Positions 21,908 to 30,517 of a DNA stretch of 64,000 nt are shown piece by piece. Below the pieces are notes generated by a model. The model saw only the letters and a program-made list of their open reading frames with translations, was not told the origin of the DNA and searched no databases. This DNA is from an uncultured Planctomycetaceae bacterium (GTDB lineage: Bacteria; Planctomycetota; Planctomycetia; Pirellulales; PALSA-1355). The first letter of the stretch is position 1, and each line of letters begins with the position of its first letter. Made by a program: the position numbers and the translations under genes. Location of the stretch: positions 832,001 through 896,000 of the forward strand of contig CAWAUV010000008.1 in the NCBI GenBank assembly GCA_963785305.1, given 5' to 3'.

Positions 21908-22750
21908 GTGAGCCACGAATCGACGCAAAAGGCGATCTATCTCCGCCTGATGGCCGGCGATGGAAAAGCCGCCGACGACTTGCTGATGCATTGGGTGAAC
22001 GGTGGCTTGCTCCATAAAGCATGCGAATCCCGAGCCGCCAAGGCCACAAAAAAACGCGGGCTCGAAGAGGATGAATTGCTCTCGATCGCATTCATAAAAT
22101 TGCGTGGAATCGCGCAGGGCCTTAGCGCGCGTGTTCCGCCGATCGAGCCCGACAAACTGACGGCCTATGTGGCCAAAACAATCGAGGAGGAATTCCGGCG
22201 GTCGCGCGCCGCGGTCGCCGTTTTTGGCCCTTCGGAGCGGACTCGCCGGCGACTCCGCACCGGCGATCCGAACGCAAAACAAATCTTGGCCAAGCTCAGA
22301 AAATTCCGGGGCCGCTCCCTTACGATCATTGAGACATTGGTCGCGCGCGAACTAATTGAAAGCCTCCGCGCCATTCATGGCCGGCTGGGGCTCGAAATCG
22401 AACGAATCTCCGGTTTCCTTATCGGGGTCGAAGATGCGACGTTCCTTGTCGGCGCCCGCAAGAGCGTGCCGAAAAAACAAAAGCTTACTGATGCGGTCCT
22501 GTCGCGGTCCACGCACGACGCGCGCGACATAGGGGACGCAATTGACGACGCAAGGCAGCTCTGCTCGTCAGCGATCGAATCCCAGTTGGTCGACAAATCG
22601 CGAATCGGCATGAGTCAGTCCGAGATCGCAGAAGCCCTTGGCGTTGCGCAGCACGATATCGCGAGCCGTGGCGCGATTGGCACGCCGCGCGGAAAGTCAC
22701 GGCGCTCTAAGCGCGTAAAGCATGGTCAGCGATCCGGCCGGGCGAGGTAG
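21908..22750 (+). CDS. Divergent sigma-70-like / HTH regulator
   Basis: Region-2-like EDELLSIAFIKL…LTAYVAKTI; region-4-like GMSQSEIAEALGVAQ; divergent from alpA. Confidence 0.6.
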   Translation: MSHESTQKAIYLRLMAGDGKAADDLLMHWVNGGLLHKACESRAAKATKKRGLEEDELLSIAFIKLRGIAQGLSARVPPIEPDKLTAYVAKTIEEEFRRSRAAVAVFGPSERTRRRLRTGDPNAKQILAKLRKFRGRSLTIIETLVARELIESLRAIHGRLGLEIERISGFLIGVEDATFLVGARKSVPKKQKLTDAVLSRSTHDARDIGDAIDDARQLCSSAIESQLVDKSRIGMSQSEIAEALGVAQHDIASRGAIGTPRGKSRRSKRVKHGQRSGRAR

Positions 22751-22804
22751 CTTTGCCCGCGGCAAGCTATGCGCCCGGCCGGATCGCGAATTCCTGATTC
22801 GCGC

Positions 22805-23722
22805 TCAAGCCGCCGCCTGGCGGTCGGCCGTCTCGGCGGTTGCCGGAAACCGGGCCGCCACGTCCACTACGAAATCGTAGTGCGATCGCATGACAGCGCA
22901 ACCGCGCTTCGCCGCCCGGCAAACGCCTTGCGCCGCGAATGCCTCATCGCTGGCGCGCCGGTCGATCTGTCCTGCCTCAACCAATTCGGTAATGGCCCCG
23001 CCAATCGACTGGTTTAACTTCGGCGCTTGCGGCGGGCTTCCGTCCGGCGATCCAATATGGTTGCAACGATACGTTTTGACAATGAGTTCGATTGCCGTGG
23101 CCAATGGGCCGGCCAGCGCCGCCATCAGCAAGCCCATATCGGCCAGCCGCCGGCCCTGCTCAAGCAGCTCGGCCGCCGTCGACTCGCACCCGCTGGCATG
23201 TATCTCGGATTCCATCGCGCGGAGCGAGAGGTCGGTAATATGGGTTCTGTCTCGCGGCTTAGTTTCGGCCTTGGCTCCCCCTCGCGGCAAAATGCGATCC
23301 ACGGCCAATTGCCCGGCGATTTGCAAGTCGATGGGCAACGCGCTGATTTGGCGCGCCAAGCCGATCGCCTCTTGCGCGACCGCGACTTGCAAGGCGCTTT
23401 CCCTGCCTCCGAGCGCACCGGCGAACGCCACCTCGATGGCCGGCATTCGTTCGGCGAAAGCCGCGCCGAGCAATCCGGATTTAGTAAGTTTCTCGGAGTT
23501 CTTGACCAAGCTGAAAATCGTTGGACGAAAACTTGCCGTGAGCCGATCGCCGATCCCATGCGCCCGAGCGCGATCGACCAGCGATCGATAGAGTCCGGCA
23601 CAGGCTGACAACAACGCTTGCCGATGCAATCCAAGCGTCGATAGCTCCTGTGATTCGTCGATGAGCGCCGACATGTTCGGGAGCGGCGCGCATTTCACTG
23701 AAACAACTGACGAAGTGGTCAT
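22805..23722 (-). CDS. Hypothetical protein with two internally similar helical (HEPN/DUF4145-like) halves
   Basis: GAGG RBS; LIDESQELSTLGLHRQAL…LTKSGLL parallels LLEQGRRLADMGLLMAAL…LVEAGQI. Confidence 0.55.
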   Translation of the reverse strand: MTTSSVVSVKCAPLPNMSALIDESQELSTLGLHRQALLSACAGLYRSLVDRARAHGIGDRLTASFRPTIFSLVKNSEKLTKSGLLGAAFAERMPAIEVAFAGALGGRESALQVAVAQEAIGLARQISALPIDLQIAGQLAVDRILPRGGAKAETKPRDRTHITDLSLRAMESEIHASGCESTAAELLEQGRRLADMGLLMAALAGPLATAIELIVKTYRCNHIGSPDGSPPQAPKLNQSIGGAITELVEAGQIDRRASDEAFAAQGVCRAAKRGCAVMRSHYDFVVDVAARFPATAETADRQAAA

Positions 23723-23926
23723 GGGTTCCTCGAAATAAAGAGACCGCGCGCGGTGTTCACTCCGCGCGATTGAAACGGGATTAGTCGCTGGGGCCATCGG
23801 TCGACACCCCAATTATCGGCACGACGTAGGCGCCCCTTGAGCGAGGGGCGCCGAATTTACGGAATATGCCGGCAAAGTCTAGTTCCGCCACTACCGCGGC
23901 TGGCTTTTGCCATTCCGGGGGTCGGG

Positions 23927-24457
23927 CTACTTGTTCTCGGCCTCTGCCCGCACGATTCTTGCAGTGGCCGGAAACCTTCCGACTCCAATCAACACACACG
24001 AAAACAGAAAGCCAAGCAGACGGCCAAGCATCAGCCCCATATTGTGGATTCGCTCATGACCGCCGCCGAACGAACTGGAAACGCTGTCGTCGAAGATCAA
24101 GGCGAAAAATGCGCATCCAAAAACACCGACCCAACTCACGATCAGGCCGAGCGTCGACGGCGCGAAGGCAACGCGAAACTCAGCTCCCGCCGACCGAACC
24201 GGCCCGGTGGGGGCCAACGCCGAAGGCGTCGGAGCCAGGGGCATGACCGGCGAGAACGACGGATCGAAAAGGGGCGTCGGCGATGCCTGGAACGTGTCGG
24301 CCGGCGGCAAGCTCGGCGGAACAGCCGGCGGAAGTCGGTCATCGGACGGAATCACGACGATCGCCCCACACTTCGCGCACTTCCCCCGCCTGCCGGCGGC
24401 CGACTCCGGCGCTGTTGTCTGATTGCCGCATTTGCAGGTTATGCTAATCATTCCCAT
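23927..24457 (-). CDS. Zn-ribbon + Pro linker + 2-TM membrane protein
   Basis: ITCKCG…GKCAKCG, Pro-rich linker, two hydrophobic helices around RIHNMGLM. Confidence 0.72.
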   Translation of the reverse strand: MGMISITCKCGNQTTAPESAAGRRGKCAKCGAIVVIPSDDRLPPAVPPSLPPADTFQASPTPLFDPSFSPVMPLAPTPSALAPTGPVRSAGAEFRVAFAPSTLGLIVSWVGVFGCAFFALIFDDSVSSSFGGGHERIHNMGLMLGRLLGFLFSCVLIGVGRFPATARIVRAEAENK

Positions 24458-24625
24458 CGCCTCGGGAGTCGTGAAGCACGCGAACACGCATTTGGCCTTA
24501 GGGCCTTTCCTGTTCCTGCCAAACCGCTTTCTCGGCCGCCAGCCGCCCCCGCGACCGCTGGGGCGACATAGCAATCAGGGCCAGCGGCCACTAGCGCCGG
24601 TCGACCGCCTGGCGAATTCGTCGAG

Positions 24626-24895
24626 CTAGGCCGCGGTAAAGCGGATGCTGCCGCGGCCCAGCCTGCTCGGCGATAGCCGTCCATCGTCGATCATCCGCCG
24701 AATCGTCGGCTGCGAGACATTTAACCTCCGCGCGGCGTCCGCGATCGTGAGCATGCCTTCGGCCGGGCGGTCGGCGGACGAATCGGAAATCGACTCCGCC
24801 GCCGCCAGGATCGCCGCCGCCGTCGATTCCTGAACCGCCGCCAGATAGAAGCGGTAGCAGTCGAGCAGCAAATTCGCGGTTCGCTTCAAAGGCAT
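24626..24895 (-). CDS. Second Xis-like HTH_17 protein
   Basis: MLTIADAARRLNVSQPTIRRMIDDGRLSPSRLGRGSIRF. Confidence 0.78.
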   Translation of the reverse strand: MPLKRTANLLLDCYRFYLAAVQESTAAAILAAAESISDSSADRPAEGMLTIADAARRLNVSQPTIRRMIDDGRLSPSRLGRGSIRFTAA

Positions 24896-24930
24896 TGAAT
24901 CCCCCGCGTCGATCGCACACAATTCCGGGA

Positions 24931-25098
24931 TCAGTCGCCCACGAGCGCCAGAATAGCCCGACGAATCGCCGCGGGCAATGCCGGCCAAGCGTCGATTACC
25001 GCGGACAAATCGGGGTCAATTGCATCGCGTGCATCGGAATTCGCATCGTCCGCTTTTGTGACCCCTGTTTTTCCCGCGATTTCTTCATCAATTCGGGT
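24931..25098 (-). other. Start-less open frame; alternative integrase C-terminus restored at attP
   Basis: Manual translation TRIDEEIAGKTG…IDPDLSAVIDAWPALPAAIRRAILALVGD*, in the same codon phase across the att core as int. Confidence 0.65.
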
Positions 25099-25165
25099 CC
25101 TGTGTCGCCCATTAGAATTTTCACTGAACCCCGGGAAATCACGGTTTTCCCGGGGTTTTTTAATG
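25092..25165 (+). repeat. attR direct repeat
   Basis: Copy of tRNA-Val 3' end plus terminator; exact core 25097-25150. Confidence 0.95.
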
Positions 25166-25596
25166 GGGCGTCCGACGCAATCTTACCCGGTTTACTGGGT
25201 TTCTCCACGGCGCGCGGCGGATCTGCGCATAGCGCGGCCGGATTTGGCCGTCGTCTTATCGAACTCGGCGGCGGTTTTGAAGTGCGTCGTGCGTTGTTGG
25301 TCGTTTGGAGATAGCGCTCACTAGCGATCACCAGCGAGTTGCCCAGCCCGCGGCCCAGGCGTGCGGCGGGGAACGTTTCCCGTGGCGCGGCTTGTCGTTT
25401 CGACCGCAGGTTCAGGAAAAGCCTGGCGCCCTGTCGCACGCGGAGCGCATTGCGCTCGCCGCTGGGCAAGCTGGTATCATGGAGCGATCGCGCCGCGGGT
25501 TGGGTCAAGGGCTTCGCGAAAGCGGAAGCGGCATCCGCGGCGTCGCCCTGGCGATCCGAGAATCCTTGTGTTCGGCCCGGCGCCGAAAAATTTCCC

Positions 25597-26538
25597 ATGA
25601 CTCACACTCCGACCTCCACGCGGGGTCTCACGCTCATCGAGCTGCTCGTGGTGCTGGCCATCATCGGGCTGCTCATCGCGCTGCTGATGCCGGCGATTCA
25701 AGCGGTGCGCGAAGCCGGTCGCCGCGGCGATTGCATCAACAACTGCCATCAGATCGGGCTCGCGCTGATGAACTACGAAGCGGCGCGCGGCTGGTATCCC
25801 TCGAGCAGCACCAGCGATGTGAACACCGGCGCGTGGTCGTATGCCAAGCAGCCGACCGTGTCGCTCCATAGCTGGGCAAGCATGGTCTTGCCTTACATGG
25901 AGCAAGCGCCGCTGGCCCGCTCGATTCATTTCGATGTTTCGTCGCTCGACCCGCAAAACCTGTTGGCGGGGAGCCAGATCGTGATGACCTATCGCTGCCC
26001 GTCGTTCGATGGCGGGGACTATTCGACCGATCCGCTCTATGCGAGTCTGAGCGCCACCTATGCGATTCGCAATTACATCGCCCTGGGCAGCACGACGGTG
26101 GGCGCGCTCTGGGACCCCGACTCCGAAGGCCAGCGACATCCCGATGGGGTGTTCTACCCGCTCTCGCAAACGCGGGTGCGCGACATTACCGACGGCCAGT
26201 CGCACACGCTGTTCTTGGCCGAGACTCGCGAGCAGAACGCGGCGGTGTGGATCGATGGCACGGCGTCGATGGCGGTGGCGCAGCCGTTTGATGAGAACAA
26301 CGCTCCCAGCTATGCCCAAGCCGTGGTTTCGATCAACGCCATGCCGTATTTTGAATATGGTGGAACCAATGCGATCAACAGCGACTACGGACCTTCGAGC
26401 ATGCATGCCGGCGGTGCGGTGGCGCACTTGTTGGGCGATGGTTCCGCGAGGTTTGTCGACGACGATATCGATCTGGTTCTGTACGACGCGCTCGTGACCC
26501 GCGCCGGCAACGACGTGGTCGACATGGACGCGTTTTGA
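25597..26538 (+). CDS. DUF1559 prepilin-type (H-X9-DG) protein
   Basis: GLTLIELLVVLAIIGLLIALLMPAIQAVREAGRR; DITDGQSHT; SMHAGG…LGDGS. Confidence 0.93.
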   Translation: MTHTPTSTRGLTLIELLVVLAIIGLLIALLMPAIQAVREAGRRGDCINNCHQIGLALMNYEAARGWYPSSSTSDVNTGAWSYAKQPTVSLHSWASMVLPYMEQAPLARSIHFDVSSLDPQNLLAGSQIVMTYRCPSFDGGDYSTDPLYASLSATYAIRNYIALGSTTVGALWDPDSEGQRHPDGVFYPLSQTRVRDITDGQSHTLFLAETREQNAAVWIDGTASMAVAQPFDENNAPSYAQAVVSINAMPYFEYGGTNAINSDYGPSSMHAGGAVAHLLGDGSARFVDDDIDLVLYDALVTRAGNDVVDMDAF

Positions 26539-26654
26539 ATCCCGGCGCTCGGCCAAGGCAAAGGGCGTTGCCAAGCCGAAGGCGCCGGCATGGAGTTTTT
26601 ACAATTCGCCCGCGAACGCCGCCCATTTCCCTCGACCCTGGAGAACAGTTTTTC

Positions 26655-27456
26655 ATGCGAACCGTGTTCATTGGCGGCGATCCGTTTTGCGTGCGCGACG
26701 AAGGTCAAGGGCCGGTCGTGCTCTTCGTGCATGGCTTTCCGATGGATCATCGGATGTGGTCGGCCCAGGTCGAGCATTTTCGCGACCGCTATCGGGTGAT
26801 CGCTCCCGATTTGCGCTGCTTTGGCCACAGCGTGGCCGGCGTCGATCTCGTGACCATGGAGCAAATGGCCGACGATCTTGCCGCCCTGCTCGACGCGCTT
26901 GAAATCGACACGCCCGTGATCTACTGCGGGCTCTCGATGGGCGGCTATGTCGGCTGGCAGTTCTATCGCAAATTTCGTGGGCGGCGTGCGAGCGCTCGTG
27001 CTCGCCGACACTCGCAGCCAGGCCGATTCGCCCGAGGCGATCCAGTCGCGGACGAAGATGATCGATCACCTGCTTCGCGCCGGCACGCAATATGTCGCCG
27101 AGCCGATGCTGCCGCGGCTGTTCGCGGCCGAGTCCTTCCAGCGCGTGCCAGGCGTGATCGCCGCGGTGCAAGAGACGATTCTCGCGGCCCGGCCCCAGAG
27201 CGTGGCGGCGGCGATTCGCGGGCTGTCGGCCCGGCCCGACATGAGCCCTTTCTTGGGCGAAATCCAGACTCCGACGCTGCTGTTGGTGGGCGAACACGAC
27301 TTGATTTCTCCGCCGGAGGAGATGCGGGCCATGGCCCAGCGGATCACGGGCGCGCGGTTCGAGATCGTGGCGCGGGCGGGCCACATGACGCCGCTCGAGA
27401 ATCCGGCGGCGTTCAACGCCGCGCTCGATCGCTTCCTTGGCGATTTGCTCGACTGA
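26655..27456 (+). CDS. Alpha/beta hydrolase (frameshift near 26980)
   Basis: HGFP, APDLR, GLSMGG, GEHD, AGHM. Confidence 0.9.
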
Positions 27457-27583
27457 GGCGTCAGTCGCCCGATTCGGGGAGCAGCTTCGCGCGGGTATGC
27501 GCCGCGGCGAGCAATTGGCCTTCGATGTGCTACAATAGCATGGTCTGGGAGCCCTTCCGCGCCCGAACTTCAGGAGCCCTGTC

Positions 27584-28675
27584 ATGCGCCCCCAATCACG
27601 ATTTCCGCGGCGAGGATCGTCGCGGGTGTTCCGCGATCTCGCTCCGCGGGGCGGTTGCGCCTGGGTGGCCATCGCGCTCCTGTCGCTTGGGCTGGCTCCG
27701 GGCGGCTCACTGGCCAAGCCGCCGGTGGTGATGGAAGTGTCGCTGGAAAAAGGCGCGCCGATCACGGCCTCGAAAGAGTGGTACGACGTGCTGATCGCCG
27801 CGGGCGCCTCGAACCTTCGCATCCACGCCGCCCAGCCGGGCGATCAGCTCAAAGTCGAGGAAGTGGGCGACAAGAACTCGCCGATCTATGAAGTGCATGC
27901 CGCGGTGAAGCTCAACAACGAACTGTATCTACCCGGCGCTCGCTTCACGCTTCGCGACGGCGCTCGCATCAAGCAATGGCTCGACCAGCTCGGCAATGGC
28001 GGCGTGGGCGCCATCGCCGGCCAGCGAACCGCCTTCGGTCTTTCGCCCGACCAACTGCGCGAAGTGAACGACGACCTCAAGCACACGATCGAGTTCTCGA
28101 CGCTCGACATGCCGCTCCGGAAATTCATCGAGCGGGCGGGCGAAGGACGCGCCTTTCCGATCTCGCTCGACCCGGCCGCCGCCAAGGCGCTCGCCGATGC
28201 CCGCGTGGCCGACGAGCTCCAGGGCGTGGCCATCGGCACGGCGCTCGCCGCCGCGACGCGGCCGCTGGGACTGGCGCTTGTGCCCGAGCGCGGCTCGCGC
28301 GGAATCGCGTATCGCGTCGGCAAACCGACGGGCAGCGAATATTGGCCGATCGGCTGGAAGCTCGAGAAGCGCAATTTCGAGGTGCTGCCGAAACTCTATG
28401 AATTGACCGATGTCGAGATCAATGACACTCCGCTGCCCGAGGCGCTCGCGGAGATCGGCAAACTGATCGAAACTCCATTGTTGCTCGACTACAACGCGAT
28501 GGCGCTGCATGGGGTGGAGCCGGCCAAGGTCAAAATCAATTTGCCCGCGAAGAAGCTCAGCTACAGCCAGATATTGCAAAAAGTGCTGTTTCAAGCGCGG
28601 CTCAAGCCGGAGCTGCGCACCGACGACGCCGGCAAGCCGATCATGTGGATCACGACGATCAAACCGGCCCAGTGA
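27584..28675 (+). CDS. Secreted hypothetical protein (STN-like repeats possible)
   Basis: Long ORF with signal peptide and protein-like composition. Confidence 0.7.
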   Translation: MRPQSRFPRRGSSRVFRDLAPRGGCAWVAIALLSLGLAPGGSLAKPPVVMEVSLEKGAPITASKEWYDVLIAAGASNLRIHAAQPGDQLKVEEVGDKNSPIYEVHAAVKLNNELYLPGARFTLRDGARIKQWLDQLGNGGVGAIAGQRTAFGLSPDQLREVNDDLKHTIEFSTLDMPLRKFIERAGEGRAFPISLDPAAAKALADARVADELQGVAIGTALAAATRPLGLALVPERGSRGIAYRVGKPTGSEYWPIGWKLEKRNFEVLPKLYELTDVEINDTPLPEALAEIGKLIETPLLLDYNAMALHGVEPAKVKINLPAKKLSYSQILQKVLFQARLKPELRTDDAGKPIMWITTIKPAQ

Positions 28676-28994
28676 CCCAGCTGGAGCAGTGACCCAACGG
28701 GCGCGGCGCCGAGACGCCATCGGTTTCTTCGGCGCGGGTTTCTTTCCAAAGCGGACGCTCGCTCGCCCCGGGGCTTGCCGTTTGGCGGGAGAAGGATCGC
28801 GTCGCTTGCGAAACGCCACAATTATTTTCGCGCCACGCGTGGGCTTTTGGATTTGATTTTTTAGCGATCCGTGGGACTAATAGATATTCACATGCTGGGG
28901 GGGATTCCGTCGCTCCTCGCGGTGGTCGAAGATCGCAAATGATCGACTCTTTCAGTCAGCGCATCGTCACGCGACAGGCGGGGAAATTCACTTC

Positions 28995-30501
28995 ATGGAA
29001 TCTTTCGAGCAGGAGGCGCCGGAGCAGGCGGCGCACCGGCATTCCGGGCATCGATGATATTCTCAAGGGCGGCCTCATAGCCCATCGGCTCTATCTGATC
29101 GAGGGCAATCCCGGCGCGGGTAAAACGACGCTCTCGACCCAGTTTCTACTCGAAGGCGTCCGCGGCGGGGAGTCGTGTCTCTATATCACGCTCTCCGAAA
29201 CCAAGGAGGAGCTGATTGCCGGCGCGAGAAGCCATGGCTGGTCGCTCGATGGCATCGAGATCGTCGAACTGATCACCGAAGAAAGCGATCTCGAAGTCGA
29301 TTCGCAAATCACGATGTACCACCCTTCGGAGGTCGAGCTCGCCGAAACCACGAAACGGGTGCTCACCGCGGTCGAGCGGATCAATCCCCGCCGGTTGGTG
29401 TTCGATTCGCTTTCGGAGTTGCGGCTTTTGGCCCAAAACCCGCTTCGCTATCGGCGGCAGATTTTGGCGCTAAAGCAGTTTTTCGTCGGTCGGCACTGCA
29501 CGGTGCTGCTGCTCGATGACAAGACCGCCGACGCGGCCGACTTGCAGGTGCAGAGCATCGCGCATGGCGTGATCGCGCTCGAGCAGCACACCCCGGCCTA
29601 TGGCGCCGCGCGGCGGCGGCTGCAAGTGCGGAAGTTTCGTGGCTCCGACTTTCGCGACGGATTTCACGACTATGCAATCCGCCGCGGCGGCCTCGACGTG
29701 TTTCCTCGCCTGATCGCTTCGGAGCATTCGGAACCGTTCGCGCTCGAGGCGATCAAGAGCGGCGTCGCCTCGCTCGATGCCCTCATGGGCGGCGGTCCCG
29801 ATCGCGGCACGAGCACGCTGCTAATCGGAGCGGCCGGCTCCGGCAAATCGACGGTCGCGGTCCGATATGCCGTGGCCGCGGCCGAGCGAGGCGACCACGC
29901 CGTGATCTTCGCGATCGATGAAAGCCCTCTCACGCTCGAAGCACGCATGCGCTCGCTCGGCGTCCGGTTCAGCCAGGGAGTCGAGCGCGGCCAAATCAAT
30001 GTCCGATCGATCGATCCCGCGGAGCTATCGCCCGGCGAATTCGCCCACATGGTGCGCGAGGCCGTCGAAACCCACGGGGCGAAGGTCGTGGTGCTCGACA
30101 GTTTAAATGGCTATTTGCATGCGATGCCCGAAGAAAAGTTCTTGACCGCGCAGCTTCACGAACTGCTATCTTATTTGGGTCGCCGCGGTGTCACGACCCT
30201 GATGGTCGTGGCACAGCATGGCCTGCTGGGATCCGCGATGCGATCCCCGGTCGATGTGAGTTATCTCGCCGATTCGGTCGTGCTGCACCGCTATTTCGAG
30301 CACGCCGGCATGGTGAAAAAGGCGATCTCCGTGGTGAAGAAACGCAGTGGCCGGCATGAAGAAAGCATCCGTGAGCTCTACTTCGACTCCGACGGGATTC
30401 ATCTCGGCGAGCCGCTGCGCTATCTGCGCGGCGTGTTGACAGGGACGCCGATCGAAGCAAGTTTCACCGCCCCTCGGCCCAACGCGGCGAACAATCCATG
30501 A
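28995..30501 (+). CDS. KaiC-like double RecA-fold ATPase (start uncertain, frameshift near 29030)
   Basis: TGIPGIDDILKGG; Walker A GNPGAGKT and GAAGSGKS; DVSYLAD; KKRSG. Confidence 0.9.
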
Positions 30502-30517
30502 TCTGTTCATGGGGAGA

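Larger units (their letters stand above)
12067..25165. mobile_element. tRNA-integrated phage-satellite/PICI-like element (13,025-bp predicted circle) carrying tail genes
   Basis: Flanking direct repeats, integrase, Xis-like HTHs, AlpA, Prim-Pol/DUF3987, TAC-TMP-tail genes; no recognisable head, packaging or lysis genes. Confidence 0.88.

Noticed and set aside
25092..25111. Second tRNA gene
   Set aside because: Only the 3' ~20 nt of tRNA-Val is present; it is attR.
12067..25165. Complete inducible prophage or ICE
   Set aside because: No capsid, portal, terminase, tube, lysis, relaxase or T4SS genes recognisable in 13 kb. A decayed prophage remains possible but is less favoured given intact att sites and clean gene junctions.
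28995..30501. Circadian clock locus
   Set aside because: No kaiA/kaiB nearby, and the phosphosite region is SY rather than ST.
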